A DNA stretch of 64,000 bases from Camelus ferus (GCF_009834535.1 NC_045696.1:38752001-38816000); one strand, 5' to 3'. Numbered from the stretch's first letter, positions 1 to 13,470 are shown. Numbers and translations are program-made. The notes: generated by a model from the letters alone, not told the origin.

Positions 1-14
1 TATATATATATAAG

Positions 15-886
15 TCTAAAATTTGTATGGAATCACAAAAGACCCCCAATTAACCAAAGCAATCCTGAGAAAGAAAAACAAAGCTGTAAGTATTATGCCC
101 CCAATTCCAAACTATACTGCAAAGCTACAGTAATCAAAATAGTATGATACTGGCACAAAAACACATCAAAGGAAGAGAATAGAAACCCCAGAAATAAACC
201 CACTCTTAACGTGGTCAATTAATATATGACAATGTAGAATATACAGTGGGGAAAAGATGGCCTCTTTTATAAATGATGTTGGAAAAACTGCGAAAGAATC
301 AAATTGGACTGCTTTCTCACATCATCTACCCAAAAAACCCCTCAAAATAAATTAAAGACGTAAATGTGTCCATCAGTAGATGAGCGGACAAAGAATCTGT
401 GTTATATATGCAATTTAATATTACTCAGACATTTTAAAAAATGAAATCTTGCTATTAGCAACAACATGGATGGATCTAGGAGTTATTATGCTAAGTGAAA
501 TAAGTCATACCAAGAAAGACAAACATCATATGATTTCACTTATATGTAGAATCTAAAAGAGAAAACAAACAAAACAAAACTAAAAAAGACTCAATTGCAG
601 AGAAGACATGGGTGATTGCTGGAGGGAAGGAATGAGGGGTGGGGGCAAATAGGTGAAGGAGCTTAAGGGGTACTAACCTCTAGTTATATAGTAAATAAGC
701 CACAGGGATGTAATGTACAGCATAAGGAATATGGTCAATAATATTGTAAAAGCTTTGTATGGGGACAGGCTGGTGTTACACATCATGGTGATCATTTCAT
801 AATACTGTATATGCAAATGTCAATTGCTGTATGGTTCACCTGAAATGAACATCATATTGTATGTCAATTATATTTCAATTTAAAAA
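15..886 (+). mobile_element. L1 3' portion (ORF2 C-terminal remnant plus 3' UTR) with an internal deletion
   Basis: Degenerate ORF2 motifs FVWNHKRP..AILRKKNKA..KATVIK..YWH, then the ATTWMDL..IMLSEIS-coding region and an L1 3' UTR ending tatgtcaattatatttcaattaaaaa. Confidence 0.9.
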
Positions 887-1309
887 CCTCAAAAATTATT
901 CAGAAACAGTGTGAGAAAAGCCACACTACAATTTTGAATCTTGGCAAGTCAATTTTGGAAAGACAAAAATAAACCTACTTCAAACATTAACCTCAAAGGG
1001 TAACATTAGAAGTAAGTATTGCAGTAAATACTACTTTTGTAGTTTCTAAATTTTGTCCCAAAAGCACTTCTTCATTGATGCAGAAATAATAAAAAAAATT
1101 ATTATCTAGTTATAAATACTGTATATTCTGATTTTTTAAAGCTATGACTTCTTTTTTTTCTTTTAATATCTCACAACCGTTTTGCTTCCCTGAATTGAAT
1201 CTTGTCCTGCAAAACGTTGTTCACAATGGTCAAATTAACTACCATTCAATGAACACATTAGACCTGTCACTGTCTACTTTGTGACTCTCTGGCACCCTAA
1301 ATTAAAGAA

Positions 1310-1878
1310 ATCTTCCCTAGACTGAGGCAACTGCTTCATAACTGCTCTTCCTGCTGTCACTCTTGCTCTCACCACAACCCATTCTTCATACTCAGCCAGA
1401 ATGATCTTTATTAAAAAAAAAAAAAATTGCAAACTGCACTCAGGGAGAAAAATCTAAAGTCTTTACTTTGGTCCACAATGCCTTTAATGATCTGGACCCT
1501 GCTTAGCTTTCAGATGTTGTTTTCCATCTTTCCCCTTCTAATCCGCTGTTCCAGACTAGCTGCATGCTTTGAACACGCCAAGCTCACTTCTGCTCAGAGC
1601 TCCATATGTTCTCATTTACTGCCACCACCTTCCCAAATACCCTCACGAGACTGGCTTCTGAAAACCTGAAAACCCTGCCTAAATCTAAAGTAACCCTCCT
1701 CCTCACCCTCAGACAGTCTTTATCCTGTACCTTTGTTCTGCTTTCTTTCCTTGTATATATAGTTCTGTGAAATCATGTAGGGTTTGTTCCTATGTGTTCA
1801 GAATATTCTGCATCAAGGAAGTTCTAGCATGTATGGAAGTAAGAACTCAGTAGAGAGTTGCTTTATAAGTGAATGAAC
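1310..1878 (+). mobile_element. L2 3' fragment
   Basis: L2-like cagccagaatgatcttt, gatctggaccctgc and a gtgaatgaa tail. Confidence 0.65.
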
Positions 1879-2613
1879 CATTTTAAGCAACAGTATCATT
1901 GAAGTGATACCATACTAGCATTTCTGGAATTTCCAGTTTTACTTATGCCTTTATTTTGGGACATTAACAAATGCAGATTATTCAGACCAAATAAATGTAT
2001 TCAGTTTAAATTTTAAAATAAAATGTAGACCAGAGCACAATTATGTGTGTTTCTGTAAAATATTTTTATAATACATCAAATTGGATATTAGTAGGATTTT
2101 TTAAAATTATTTATGAGCTAGGCATATAATTACTCTAAATATTCTAAAATTTCGATTATGTAGTGAATAATAGAATTATCACACACTGCATATGCTGAGA
2201 TTTATATAGAGAACTCTTTTCAGTTTAGATGGATTAGCCTGTCTGCAAATTAGTTAATAAAAAGAACCCTAAAGAAAAGCTTAAAGGAGGATATTTTTAT
2301 ATAGTAAGTTAGTTTTACAAAGCATGTTTGTTGGAAAGCAAGGTGAATTTTTTAATTAAATGTATTCCCAAAATAACAAACTTGTCGTTAACTTGTCGTT
2401 AGTTCTATTAAATTATTTTCTAAACCAAACTTATTGTTTGAGAGAGAACGTACCAAAAATATAATAGCGTTCAACTTTGGATTATAGTTTTGGAATAATT
2501 TTGTTTTCATCTTTGTATTTTTGCATATTGTCTGTTTCCTACAATGTAACAAATACTGTGTTGGCATTTTGTTTCTAAGGAATGATGAAAAATGTCCTTA
2601 CACTAAATTAAAC

Positions 2614-2684
2614 AACCTTATGAAATTGCCACTTTTGTAGGTCAAAATTTTTTGAATGTAGGAAATTTCATACGGTTCTACCTA
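2614..2684. mobile_element. MADE2-like mariner MITE
   Basis: aaccttatgaaattgcc...ggaaatttcatacggtt form inverted arms around ttttgtaggtcaaaa. Confidence 0.75.
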
Positions 2685-2809
2685 TGAGGAACCATTTCTA
2701 ATAAATTAAATTTGCAAGTGAGTTGGCCAACTTAGAAATGGAACGTTACATGTATGCACAGTATGTTTTTTAATAACTGAACCCTTCAAACAATTGAGGA
2801 AAACATCTT

Positions 2810-3270
2810 GCCAGATAAAGGAGTAAACTAATCAATGACATAAACCCAACTCATACTAATTTAAGGAAATAAAAATAACTTATTGGGTCACATAACTAAA
2901 AAGTCCAACATTAATCCAGGGACAGGGATAGCTAGATCCAGGGCTTACATGACAGTAAAATCACAAACAGACCAAAACATTACCTCTACTTTTTTCTGCG
3001 TGCTCTCTTTGGCTTCCTTTTTAGGCAGATTCTTTCCACTTGGTGGGAAGGATGGTTCCCTGAAGATCTAGTGACTGAGTTGTCCCTAGATGGGCCATAT
3101 GCAAATCTTTGGTGTAATCATTGTGTCCAGGTGGATAAGATGCTCTGGCTGAACTGTGCAACACACTGTCCCCTCTGGAAAGAAAGACTGACAATAGCTT
3201 GGAATTAGCAAGGGGATTTCCCCAAAGGTTAAACAAAAAAAGAAGTGATTGCTGTTCACTATATGGGTTT
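2810..3270. mobile_element. Old MaLR LTR (MLT1J/K/L-like)
   Basis: aaacccaactcatact...tattgggtcacataactaaaaagtcc...gctagatccaggggctt resembles old MLT1 consensus. Confidence 0.6.
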
Positions 3271-3659
3271 AAAAATATCTCTAGAAAAGTTACTTGTTTG
3301 GTTTTGATAATTACAAGCATAACTATTTCTATATTTGTATTGCAATCTATGGATGACAATAACATACACTATCAGATTTGCAGGGTGAGTCATGAAATAA
3401 CAGAATGAGAAAAAACAGATATTTTATGAAAAATGCATTGTTTACAGCAACAGCTTTTAGTGTAACCATGATTGAGATGTTCATTAACTACAATTTATGT
3501 TTTCTTTCAATATGAGCTTAATAAAAGGAGTTAAGAAAATAAATGGATTTTTTAAAATTTATATTTGAACAAAACCAAAAATATAAACAGTGAAAGTGAA
3601 TCATAACCCTCCCATTTAAAAAGTATTATTAAATGTAAAATGTGATTATATATATTCTG

Positions 3660-3765
3660 CATCTTCATTATCTATTCAGCTGTTGAAGTGCACTTGGTAT
3701 GCTTCCATAGCTTGGCAAGTATAAATAATGTTGCTGTTAATAACAGAGTGTATCTTTTTGAATTA
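3660..3765 (-). mobile_element. Short L1 fragment
   Basis: cacttggtatgcttccatagcttggcaagtataaataatgttgctg is the reverse of the L1 ORF2 3' region. Confidence 0.6.
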
Positions 3766-3889
3766 ATTCTTATTTTGTGGTTGGCTTTATTCCTTTGATA
3801 ACTATGTAAGTTCAAAAAGCTAAAGCTCTAAACATTCTTAGAAACAATGAACAGTACATATATGTAAATTAAAAAATATACGTGCGGTG

Positions 3890-4432
3890 GAAAAAATAAA
3901 GAAATGAGCTATCAAGCCATGAAAGAAATAGAAGAAACTTAAAAGACGTAATTACTAAATGAAAGAAGCCAGTCTAAAAAGGCTATAAACTGTATTATTC
4001 CAACCAAATGACATTCTGGAAAAGGCACAGCTACAGAAACAATAAAAAGATCATGGTTTCCAGGGGTTTGGGGAGAGGGAGGGAGGGAGGAACGAACAAG
4101 TGGAGCACAAGGAATTTTTAGGGCAATGAAATTACTCTGTATAGTACTATAGTGGTGGCTACATGTCATTATGCATTTGTCAAAACCCATAGAATGTACA
4201 ACATCAAGAGTGAACCCTAATGTAAACTATGGACTTTGGTTGATAATAATGTGTCCATGTCGGTTCATCGATTATACCAAATATGCCACACTGATAAGGG
4301 ATGTTGAGGGTAGGGGAGTATATATATATGTGAGTGGAGGGGGCTATGTGCGAACTCTCTGTATTTCCTGCTCAGTTCTGCTGTGAACCTGAAACTGCTC
4401 TAAAAAATAAAGTCTGTTAAAAAAAAAAAAAA
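3890..4432 (+). mobile_element. L1MC-like 3' end with poly(A)
   Basis: gagctatcaagccatgaaa, gacattctggaaaaggc, gtgaaccctaatgtaaactatggactttgg; ends aataaa plus an A-tract. Confidence 0.85.
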
Positions 4433-4779
4433 GATTTGGACAGAAGTGATAAGGGGCTCTGAAAATTGTTGTTAAAATAAATGACGCCAAAGTAGATTTA
4501 TGATGTAAAAGACTATGAAATTGCAAATGGAAGTGAAAAGGTTGAATATTTTCACTAGAAAAAAATATAAAATATGATTATCTTCCTGCCATACTGCTCC
4601 ATCCCCTAGAGTTAACCCCTGTTAATAATCCAGAGATAGGCTTCCTAAATGTTCTATAAACTTACATAGATGCATCTCTATCTATACCTCTCTCTATATT
4701 ATTTAATGAACAGAACTGAAATCATGCTATGCAAGTTAGTTGCAGTATTTTTAATTTAGCAATTGTATTATTTAGAATT

Positions 4780-5250
4780 ATGTTTGAGTAGCTGAACAAC
4801 TAGAATCATGGTGGCTTAAAATAAGATAGATCATATGGTAAGTCTATTTTTAGTTTTTTTTAAGGAATCTCCATTCAGTGTTTTCCATAGTGGGTGTACC
4901 AAACTGCATTCCCACCAGCAGTGTAGGAAGGTTGAAATTTACACAACATTGTAAACTGACTATATTTCAATTTAAAAAAAATAAGATAAAACTTTATGCT
5001 TCCCCACTGATTGGTTGCATGATCATTAAGGAGTCAGTTTCCTTCTATCTCATTTATTCATTCCTCTCAATGGGACTTCAGCCTCATAAGCCACGATGTT
5101 GCCCTAGTTCTAACTATCTGTCCACCCTCTAGCCAGCAGGAGAGAGAACACTGCTTGCTGGTCACATGAAGAACACTTCATGAAGATTATGCTGAGAACA
5201 GCTGTCAGAGAGGCTGGGAAATGTAGTTCTTACCTTGGTGATCATGTTTA
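4780..5250. mobile_element. Old MLT1-like LTR interrupted by the inverted L1
   Basis: catggtggcttaaaataagata start and gaggctgggaaatgtagttct motif. Confidence 0.55.
4829..4977. mobile_element. Short 5'-inverted (twin-primed) L1 insertion with 11-bp TSD AAAATAAGATA
   Basis: 4829-4933 is antisense L1 and 4934-4977 is the sense L1 3' terminus plus A-tail. The TSD lies at 4818-4828 and 4978-4988. Confidence 0.85.
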
Positions 5251-5252
5251 TC

Positions 5253-5790
5253 TGTGTTAATCATGCCTTTTTATTTTCTGTATTTTCTGATGCTTTGAAA
5301 TATGGGCCTTACTGATGCTGGAGAGACTGACCCTTCCAGGGCTAGCCAATTCCTATCTACATGGACCTTTCATGTGCAAACCGATAGATCTGAAGTCCAC
5401 ACTCCCCACCTTCTTTATTGAGCACATCCCAAGCTATCTTTCCCCATTCTGATCACCCCAGGGCCAGGTATCAGACAACTAGGAGCAGCCCCTATATCCC
5501 AAAGTCTGCAAAATTATTTAAACTAGCGAATCCTAAACTTGCTCCTCCTGCTTACACTGCCTGACCCACTCCTTCCTGCTAAAATCCTAACAAAGGCTCA
5601 CCCACATTCCCCTCACTCCCTCTTCCTCCTGACCAACCCTGGTGCTCCCATTCGTGGCCCTTTGTGATGTGCTATGCCTCCTGTTTCTAGAGATCTTTGA
5701 GTATAAAATGCTTCTTCCTTCATGACTGTCATTTCAGTCTGCGTGTCTTACTCTACCTGATAAAGCAAATCCTGGAGACGTTTTAAAACA
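5253..5790 (+). mobile_element. MER74-like ERVL solo LTR
   Basis: TG...CA ends (tgtgttaa...ttttaaaaca) with internal ccagggctagccaattcct and gggccaggtatcagacaactagg. Confidence 0.8.
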
Positions 5791-5796
5791 TCTCCA

Positions 5797-5915
5797 GATG
5801 ATAGTGATGTTTACATACCACTTTGTGCATATACTAAAATCACAGAATTAAAAACCAACTAAAAGCATGAATTTTATAGTATGTGTACTATATCTAAATT
5901 TTAAAAGTTAAATAA
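5797..5915 (+). mobile_element. L1M 3'-end fragment
   Basis: gatagtgatg..atactaaaatcac..atgaattttatagtatgtg is typical of old L1 termini. Confidence 0.55.
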
Positions 5916-6089
5916 AAAATAAAACAATGGGCTCTGTTACAGTAAAAAAAAAAAAATGAAATAATGGATATTGAGGGGGTGATAGCCATGCTACAAAAAT
6001 AACATGTACCAGATTAGTACCTGAAAATCTCTCTTTCAATTTTGTCTGTCCTATATTAGCATATTATATTTTATTCAACCTTTCACTTA

Positions 6090-6490
6090 ATAATAAATGT
6101 TTAGATTTCTTCCCTTTTTTCCTTGTTCTTAGACTATGCTGTAATTTACATGCAGATCATGCTTTTATTATTATAGGATAGATTCTTAGAAGTGTAATAC
6201 TTAAATCAAAGGATATGTGATATTCTTTAAAAATAGATACAGCAAGTTACTTTCCAAAATATTGTATCAATTTAGGATCCTCTTAAAGGATTGAGTGCCT
6301 ATTAATTTTTACTTAGCAATACCTGTTACTCATCTTTTTAATTTTTACCAATGTGACTGATTGTAAAAGTACCTCATTACTGCTTTAATTTGCAGAACTT
6401 CGACTATATGGGTTATTTAGCATTATTTTTATGTTTATTAGCTTTTTTCATCTCTTTCTCAGACAATTGCCTATTCATGACCCTCACTCT
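6090..6490 (-). mobile_element. Old L1ME-like fragment
   Basis: taggatagattcttagaagtg, cctcattactgctttaatttgc, tatgtttattagc. Confidence 0.6.
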
Positions 6491-9245
6491 TTATTAACCT
6501 AGGGTATATAACTGATTATTAACCAAGGATATTAATTTTAACCTCCTATCTCTGTCTAGAAATGTATAAGATAGTCTCTGCACCTTATATGTCCCCAATA
6601 TATATCTAAGAATATGTCTTCTTTACATTAATTCTGACTAGTTCTCAGTGTGCCCTTGAGGAAAAGTCACTTTTTCCTCCATTCTATGGGAGTTTTCTTT
6701 AGTTATTTCTTTGGAAATTGCTTCACCTCAGTTTTTTTGCTCCTGCTAGAACTCAGAATATTCACACTAGATATCCTGAATTAATCCTCCTTTATAATTT
6801 ATTTCTTAACTTGAGATTATCCATTCTTGTGTGATTTTAAGATGGTTCTTTTATATTTTTAAAAAATGAGCATTGAGTTTTCAGTACTGTCCTTCCCTTT
6901 GTAAAATTTTCCTAATGCTTTTTTCTTTTTCTGTCACAATATCTTATTGTATCACCTTAAGAAATCTCAGCACACATTTTTGATTACTCTTCCATTTCAT
7001 CAACCGTATCTGCCATAGAGGAGCCATCTGCTGTGGTGGTTCAGCTTGGTCTCCTTTTTAAACTCTGCTTAACTCTTCCTTACTGATTCATGTCAGAGGA
7101 TTGGTCCCTCAGCACAGGTGCAAGGCAAATAGTGAGAGACTTGGCAATCACTAAAATAGTACTCAGATTTTCTTTTCCAGTGTAGAGCTTATCTACTGAA
7201 GCGTAAGAGGGGATGGAGGAAGTGGGGCCACTTGATTCTTGGGTTTCTGCAGCAGGGCTGGGAGGTCCTTTTCCAGCTGATTGAAGGTATATTCATCTCA
7301 AGCAGGAATGGCAATTTTTTTCCCACAACCACAGTCAGCTAACTGCAGCAGAACTTCCACTCTCATGATAAGAGCATCCACTCAGCTACTGGGCTCCCCA
7401 AAATAGTTTCAGAATCGACAGACTTCACCTCAGGTTCTGCAAAAGAGGTGAGCGTTTTACCAGGCCACTGGCTACCTTCTGTTCAGTCAATGAGTAAATC
7501 TTAGATTTTCTGTTTTCCCCCTCACATTTGCTTATTTCCTGTCTCTCCCATTGCCTTGGCTGTTCTGTCTCATGTCCTCTTTCTCCTTTTCCCTGTGCTT
7601 TCTGCTGCATTTCTATCTCCTATATACATAAGTATATATTTGCAAGCATATATGTGCATAAGGCAATATTAGTGTATCTTAGAAAAAATGGAGGTAAAAT
7701 AATACTTTAAAAGGCTTTGATAAAATATGTCTAAGCTTTTCATCTCAAATACTTTTTTTTAGGAAGCAGTGCAGCTTTACAATATTTGTGGGAAATATAC
7801 ATGTAGTATTTGATATATGTTAAACAAAAATAAGTATGACAATCAGCTTTATCTCTGGACTTACCAAGAATATCAGAATTTAGAATATGAATATTTTTGT
7901 TAGATTGAACCTTTCTATTTATACTAATAATGAGACAAAATACAATTATTTATAACTTTAAAATATTTGTTTTAGGAATTGTTTACTATAATATTTACTG
8001 ATAACTTATAGAAATTGATAGTAAACCAGCCAACATGTGCAAGGCATGCATAGATTTAATTTAGAGAAAAAATACATCTCAATGTTGAAAATATTGGAAA
8101 TAATAGGATTTATTTGTAAGTAATGTGTGGCATGCATAAAGATGCATACTCTGAGAGCTTCAGAGTAAATAATATAGAAGGCTGGCAAGAGGCCAGTCCA
8201 GAACAGGTAAGATAAAAACAAACTACCAATATTACCAGTATTGCACAATACATATAACCAGTATCATCAGTATTACACGGTACACACAGCCATTAATAAA
8301 AGCAAGGTGAAAGCTTGAATTAACTTTACCTTCCTCCCAAAATTCCAATGAAATGATAAGGACAATGCACAAAAGGGAAAACAAATCTGAATTAATATCA
8401 AAAATAATGGGAGAAATCTCTACAGATTTTGATGAATATGTGCAAATAGAACCATCAAATAGATGGTTTTGAGTAGATAGATTAATCAGAGAAGCAGGAC
8501 TTACAGCTCAAGAAATCCACAAGTAAAACTGTCAGAGCCATTCTTTGAGGAACAATGAAGTTCTGAATCATCAGAGAGGGAAGGTGGGAAAGTAATCAGA
8601 AATCAGAGTGGGCTAATGAATAAATTTCTACCAAACTACCCCTTCTCCACTTACTTCTTCCCCCACTTCCTTTTATTCCGAGGTGCTGGAAGGGTGGCAT
8701 ACAGCCTCAGGCTAAGAGGGGACGCAGGCTTTCTAAAGAAGTAAAGCAAGATGCCTGAAGAGCAGCAGAGCTCCTATGTGGGCACTGGCAGCCCGGAGTA
8801 AAGTTTCCTTATTTTTTGCCTGGGAAAATGCACGGGGAGATTTGCCTACCCACCATCCATTCATGCATCCTAGAGTTAAAACCTGCCAGGCAAGAGCAAT
8901 TAGTTAGCCTCCTTGGTTAGGGAAGCAGCTCTGGGAATGGAGAATGGACAACTAGGCTTACCAGATTTTGAGAAGAACCAAGGGCACAAAAGCAAAGCAG
9001 TAAGAGGAAAAAATATAAATATTGACCATAAAAACTATTCAGGAAACATAAGAAACTCTTTTTTTAAAAGGCTATTTTATTTTCTCAGAAAGAGTGGAAA
9101 ATATATAGCATCCATAAAATAAGAACTGGCTGACATTCAGGGAAAAATTTCAGCTAAACTATCTAGAATGAAAGTCAAAAACAAAGAACTGTTTAGATGT
9201 GCAAGGAATAAGAAACTTCCTCTTTCTGAAATCATTATTGAAATT

Positions 9246-9313
9246 ATATATACACACACACACACACATATATATACATATATATGTATGTATACACACA
9301 CACACACACACAT
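9246..9313. repeat. Compound (TA)/(CA) microsatellite
   Basis: Two (CA)n tracts separated by TA/TG-rich sequence. Confidence 0.9.
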
Positions 9314-9507
9314 ATTTATAAATAGGAAGACTTGGGTTCCCAAAAATGTGGTACGTGAGCTGAAATAAAAGATATCCATTGAGGACAGCTATATACAATG
9401 CCTTGAGAACAATTAGCCTGAATTAGAAAAGTAGTCTTAAATCTCCAAAAGAGTATCTTTAAATAGAAGAACGGTAAGGGTCTTGTTCAACAGTGTGATT
9501 GTGAAGC

Positions 9508-9701
9508 CAGTGCATCCAGTCACTAGTGACTAGCTACTAGCCACACACACCTATTTGTATTTGAAGTTAAATTTGCTTTCCTTAGTCACACTAGCCACGT
9601 TTTCAGTGCTCAACAGCCACATACTGCTAGTGGCCACTAGATTGCACAGCACGTATATAAAATATTTTCGTCATCGCTGAAGACTCTATTGAACAGCTTT
9701 G
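9508..9701. mobile_element. MER3/MER33-like hAT-Charlie MITE
   Basis: ccttagtcacactagccacgttttcagtgctcaacagccacat...ctagtggccac...ctattgaacagc. Confidence 0.75.
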
Positions 9702-9799
9702 GTCTTACTAGTATGGTGAGCATATATTTTTCACTCATCTTTGGACAAAATCCATTGAATAGCTTCTTTTTGAAAATTAGAAAAGCTGAAAATATAGCA

Positions 9800-10350
9800 T
9801 CCACAACGAGATAGCAAAGACCCTGTTCTCGTGGAGGACTTAGTGTGTAACAGACAGAGAATAAATAATGCATAATATAATGGAAAGGTTGACAGCTGCT
9901 AAAAGCGAGACTAAAGCAGTATAAAAGGATAGAGGGTGAGGGCAAGGACTGTTTGAAGTTGGGTGTGAGTGGAGATTTCTCAGAATGTGATGTGTGAGGG
10001 GACTGAGGTAAAAAAATAGTCACATGAAAATCTGTAGGAAGCGTTTTCCAGGTAAAGAGAAAAACCAGTAAAAAAGACCCAGAGGTGAAAAACTTTAAAA
10101 GTAACACAACAGCAAAAAGGCTATAAAATAGCAAACAAGGAAGGAGGTAACAGGAAAGAATGCCAGAGAAGTAAGCAGGAGGTAGACCCTACAGGAACTC
10201 ACAGACAAGAGGCGGGGTATGGATTTTATTCTGGGAGTAGGTGGGAAATTTGTGATAGGGGGAGAGGGTGACATGATCAAATTTATGTTTTAAAACCATC
10301 ACTTTAGTTGTTTTGGTATCAAATTTATGATAGAAATGCAAGTGTAGAAG
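9800..10350 (-). mobile_element. L2 fragment
   Basis: ccctgttctcgtggag, ggattttattctggg, gtgacatgatcaaatttatgttttaaaa. Confidence 0.7.
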
Positions 10351-11992
10351 CAAATTTTGTTTAAAAACTTCAGAAAAAGTAAATATATTTTACAAGAAAG
10401 TTCCTAATTCAAATAGGATACAGACAGAAGTACGGAGTGAGCTATCCAGTGAATGGAGTTTAATTCTTAAACTTTCTTTTAACTTTGAGGTCTGAAACAT
10501 TCTCCTTCAAAAATAACAGGATTAGTGATAGAATTGTACTTCCTTTTCTACAAATTAATCACAATAGTGGGTTTTGCAGAAAATAATTATGTGAACAAAC
10601 TAATATAAACCCGATTTTTTAGTATCAAATGTTCATAATCAATCTACAAGCCAAGAATGAAACAAAATCATATTAATAGTTACAGATACGAGGTTATATG
10701 AATTTAAAAGAATGATAAAACTGACAAATCAGAAGGTAGAAGCTAATGACATTTTTTCTTCTCACATAGTGAAATGTTGATGGAATAATTAATAGAATTT
10801 AAAATGTTATTTAAAAGCATTGAGTTAATTAGTGGGAAAAAACTGAAAAGAACTAACAAAAGTAACTAACAAAACTCAGGAAGAAGTCAGTATATTAACA
10901 GGGTGTCAGTTGTTTCTATTTAAATCAGATAAATCAAAAAATACCAGTAAAAATATATTACTTAGAATTATTATGATCCCTAGAAAAACAAATCAGAAAT
11001 GTATAAAAAATGGCTATCTCTAAGGAGCAAAAAGGTTACAAGGGCTGGTAGACCTTTTAGTTGTCATTTAATACCATTTTGAATCGAAGCATTTGAATTT
11101 TTAACTATGTGCTTGCCATGCTTTATAATAATTCTACTACATGGGACTTATATAAAATACTATGTTTATATTACAGATATTTTTTCTCACAATAGAATTT
11201 ATATTGATTGGCAAAACTACAAATTTTAAATGCTAAGTAAATGTTTCACTTTCTTTTTTCTTGATGTGCATTTTGTTTACTGTAAGTAACCACAACACAC
11301 ATTAAAAATAGCATATTTACAAAAATGGGCCATAAAGCCAGTTCAGCTACAATAAAGGCAAATTTTAAAAATTGTTCTCAGTGCCTCAGGCCCATTGGTG
11401 AAAAGTGCATGGTTGAAATTTAAAGAAAGAATAAATAGAAAAAAATTGCAAGTAATATTGAGTATTAAAATCTGTGATACATGGATCATGACAAAAATTT
11501 CCATCCAACGTTTTCTTTTCCCAAAAGGTAAATAATTCATACATAATGGATTACATACAAGAAAACAAAAAGAAGAGAATAGTAACATTTTGTTGGATTT
11601 AATCAATATAAAAATTTCAATGTGCAAAGATCTCTGATGTTAATGTCAAAGCTGGAAAAGTTGTCTGCAGCTGTTATACCCTTTAAGACCAATCACTGCA
11701 TAATCAGAGGTCATAAGAGAATGAAAGCTTACGCATGTTCCAAGTAAATATCTGGCAAATACAGCACCTTGGAGGCAGAAAAAACTTGAAAATTACCATT
11801 CCCAGTGTCAGAAAAGAGAGTAGGAAGTGAAGGATAGAGGTGACTTTCATCAGCATTTAGATGATATTCCTGACATCCAGTCCACATGCCAAGGGAGAGG
11901 TGGTTTACAGAGAGCAATAAAAACCAGAAGTGAGTCAAGGAGTCCCCTACCAAAATTTGTTGTTAAGAAAGACAATTTTGTTTCACAAGCAC

Positions 11993-12048
11993 CTAAAGAA
12001 ATCAATTGAGTAAATATCTAAAGAAATCAATTGAGTAAATATCTAAAG
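11993..12048. repeat. Perfect 25-bp tandem duplication
   Basis: ctaaagaaatcaattgagtaaatat x2 plus ctaaag. Confidence 0.95.
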
Positions 12049-12744
12049 GAATCTGAGCAGTCAAGAACAGTTCCATGAAGCTTCCTACCTTAACCAGATG
12101 CCATGATATATAAAGCACATTATAAATATTTAAGGAAAATTAGCTTAAAGAAAATAATCAAGTAATTGTGCATTTGAAGTAATATTAACAGTTTTATTAT
12201 TACAGATGACCATTATAACCTATAATTGCAGCTTAAAGTGAGAAGAATTTGTGTTGGAATAACTATGTGTATGATTTATTAATTCTGAAAAGAAAGTTTT
12301 AAATTCTGCTTTCTTAATAATTTTACCTTTGACAAGTCATTAGCTCTGATAGTAACTAAATAGCAGAATGTACCTTGAATAGATTAGATATTAATATAAT
12401 AAAATGTCATAAATTATTATTATAAATACAAATATATTTCCCACATATTTTTTAACATTTTTTAAATTTTCAAGTTCTTACCATGGGAAGATCTCATAAA
12501 GAAAGGAAAAATATATAATTTACCAAGTAAACACTGGCAGGGAATCTCAGTAGTAAAGTTTTCTAGCCAAGCCCCCTTAATTTCAATGAGAAACTTGAGA
12601 CTCTAAGGAATGATTCTGCTAAATATCATATCCTTAATTATCACTAAATCTTGGATTAATAAATAACATTGATTTGTAATCTAATACTGAGCAATGACTT
12701 GAAGTCAATTTTACATATTGATTAACCATGTTTATTACCAAATG

Positions 12745-13290
12745 TATTTGCCAGGGCACTTTTGGTAAGAAGTCACAGAAATCAAGGTCATATTGTCTTC
12801 ATCCAAAGAAAATTTATTAAGTCTTGCAACTAGAGATTCAGGATCATTTAGCTGCAGGTATGGCTGAATCTAGGCGGGTTTGGTTTGGTTTTGTTTGGTT
12901 TTGTTTTGTTTTGTTTTGTTTTGTTTTGTTTTGTTTTGTTTTAAGCTGGTCTTTTAGTCTCTTAGCTATGCTTTATTCTTTATTCTGAGCTATTGTTAAT
13001 ATGGCAGCCACTGTATCTTGAGGTTAACCCTCTACCTACTTCAATTCCAATGAATAATGTCCTTCATTCCCTAATAGTTGTAGCAAAGTCCAGGAATTGA
13101 GCTTCATTGGCCTGACATGCCATAGGCTCACCCCTAGAGCTCAACAGGGATGGAGGGATAGATTTAAACCCCACTACTACCAAATAGAAACCCACAAAAT
13201 CAGAGAAGGGGAGGGTGCTTTTTAAGGAAAATTCATAGGCTCTTCCAAGACTGAAGGAACATGAATTGTAGATAAGCAAAATCAGGAGAT
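12745..13290. mobile_element. Old MLT1-like LTR containing a (GTTTT)n tract
   Basis: tgtatttgccagggcacttttggt, caggtatggctgaatctagg, agcaaagtccaggaattgagcttcattggc. Confidence 0.6.
12877..12942. repeat. (GTTTT)n/(GGTTT)n microsatellite
   Basis: Directly visible. Confidence 0.95.
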
Positions 13291-13369
13291 GTCCATTGCT
13301 TTCAGTTGGCTTCATTTTTTATTTAGTTATTAAGATGACATCACCTCTGGCCCACTTAATATTGTGATA

Positions 13370-13470
13370 TTATAGAAAGAGCATTGGTACTGGAGGCAGG
13401 AGACCTAATTGTGTGACCTTGAGTAAGCTGCCAAGCCTTTCTGAGTCTACTCTCTTCATATGTAAATTGG
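13370..13470 (+). mobile_element. MIR fragment
   Basis: tgtgtgaccttgagtaag...tctgagtct...tcatatgtaaattgg. Confidence 0.7.

Noticed and set aside
2379..2401. 11-bp tandem duplication aacttgtcgtt
   Set aside because: Real, but an ordinary slippage event with no functional clue.
6600..9240. Possible HAL1/L1ME 5' remnants
   Set aside because: Too degenerate to assign by eye.
9137..9398. Overlapping ORFs with CV/HT repeats
   Set aside because: Translation of a dinucleotide microsatellite.
9637..10134. 165-aa minus-strand ORF
   Set aside because: Overlaps L2 and MER3 remnants and has no recognisable domain.
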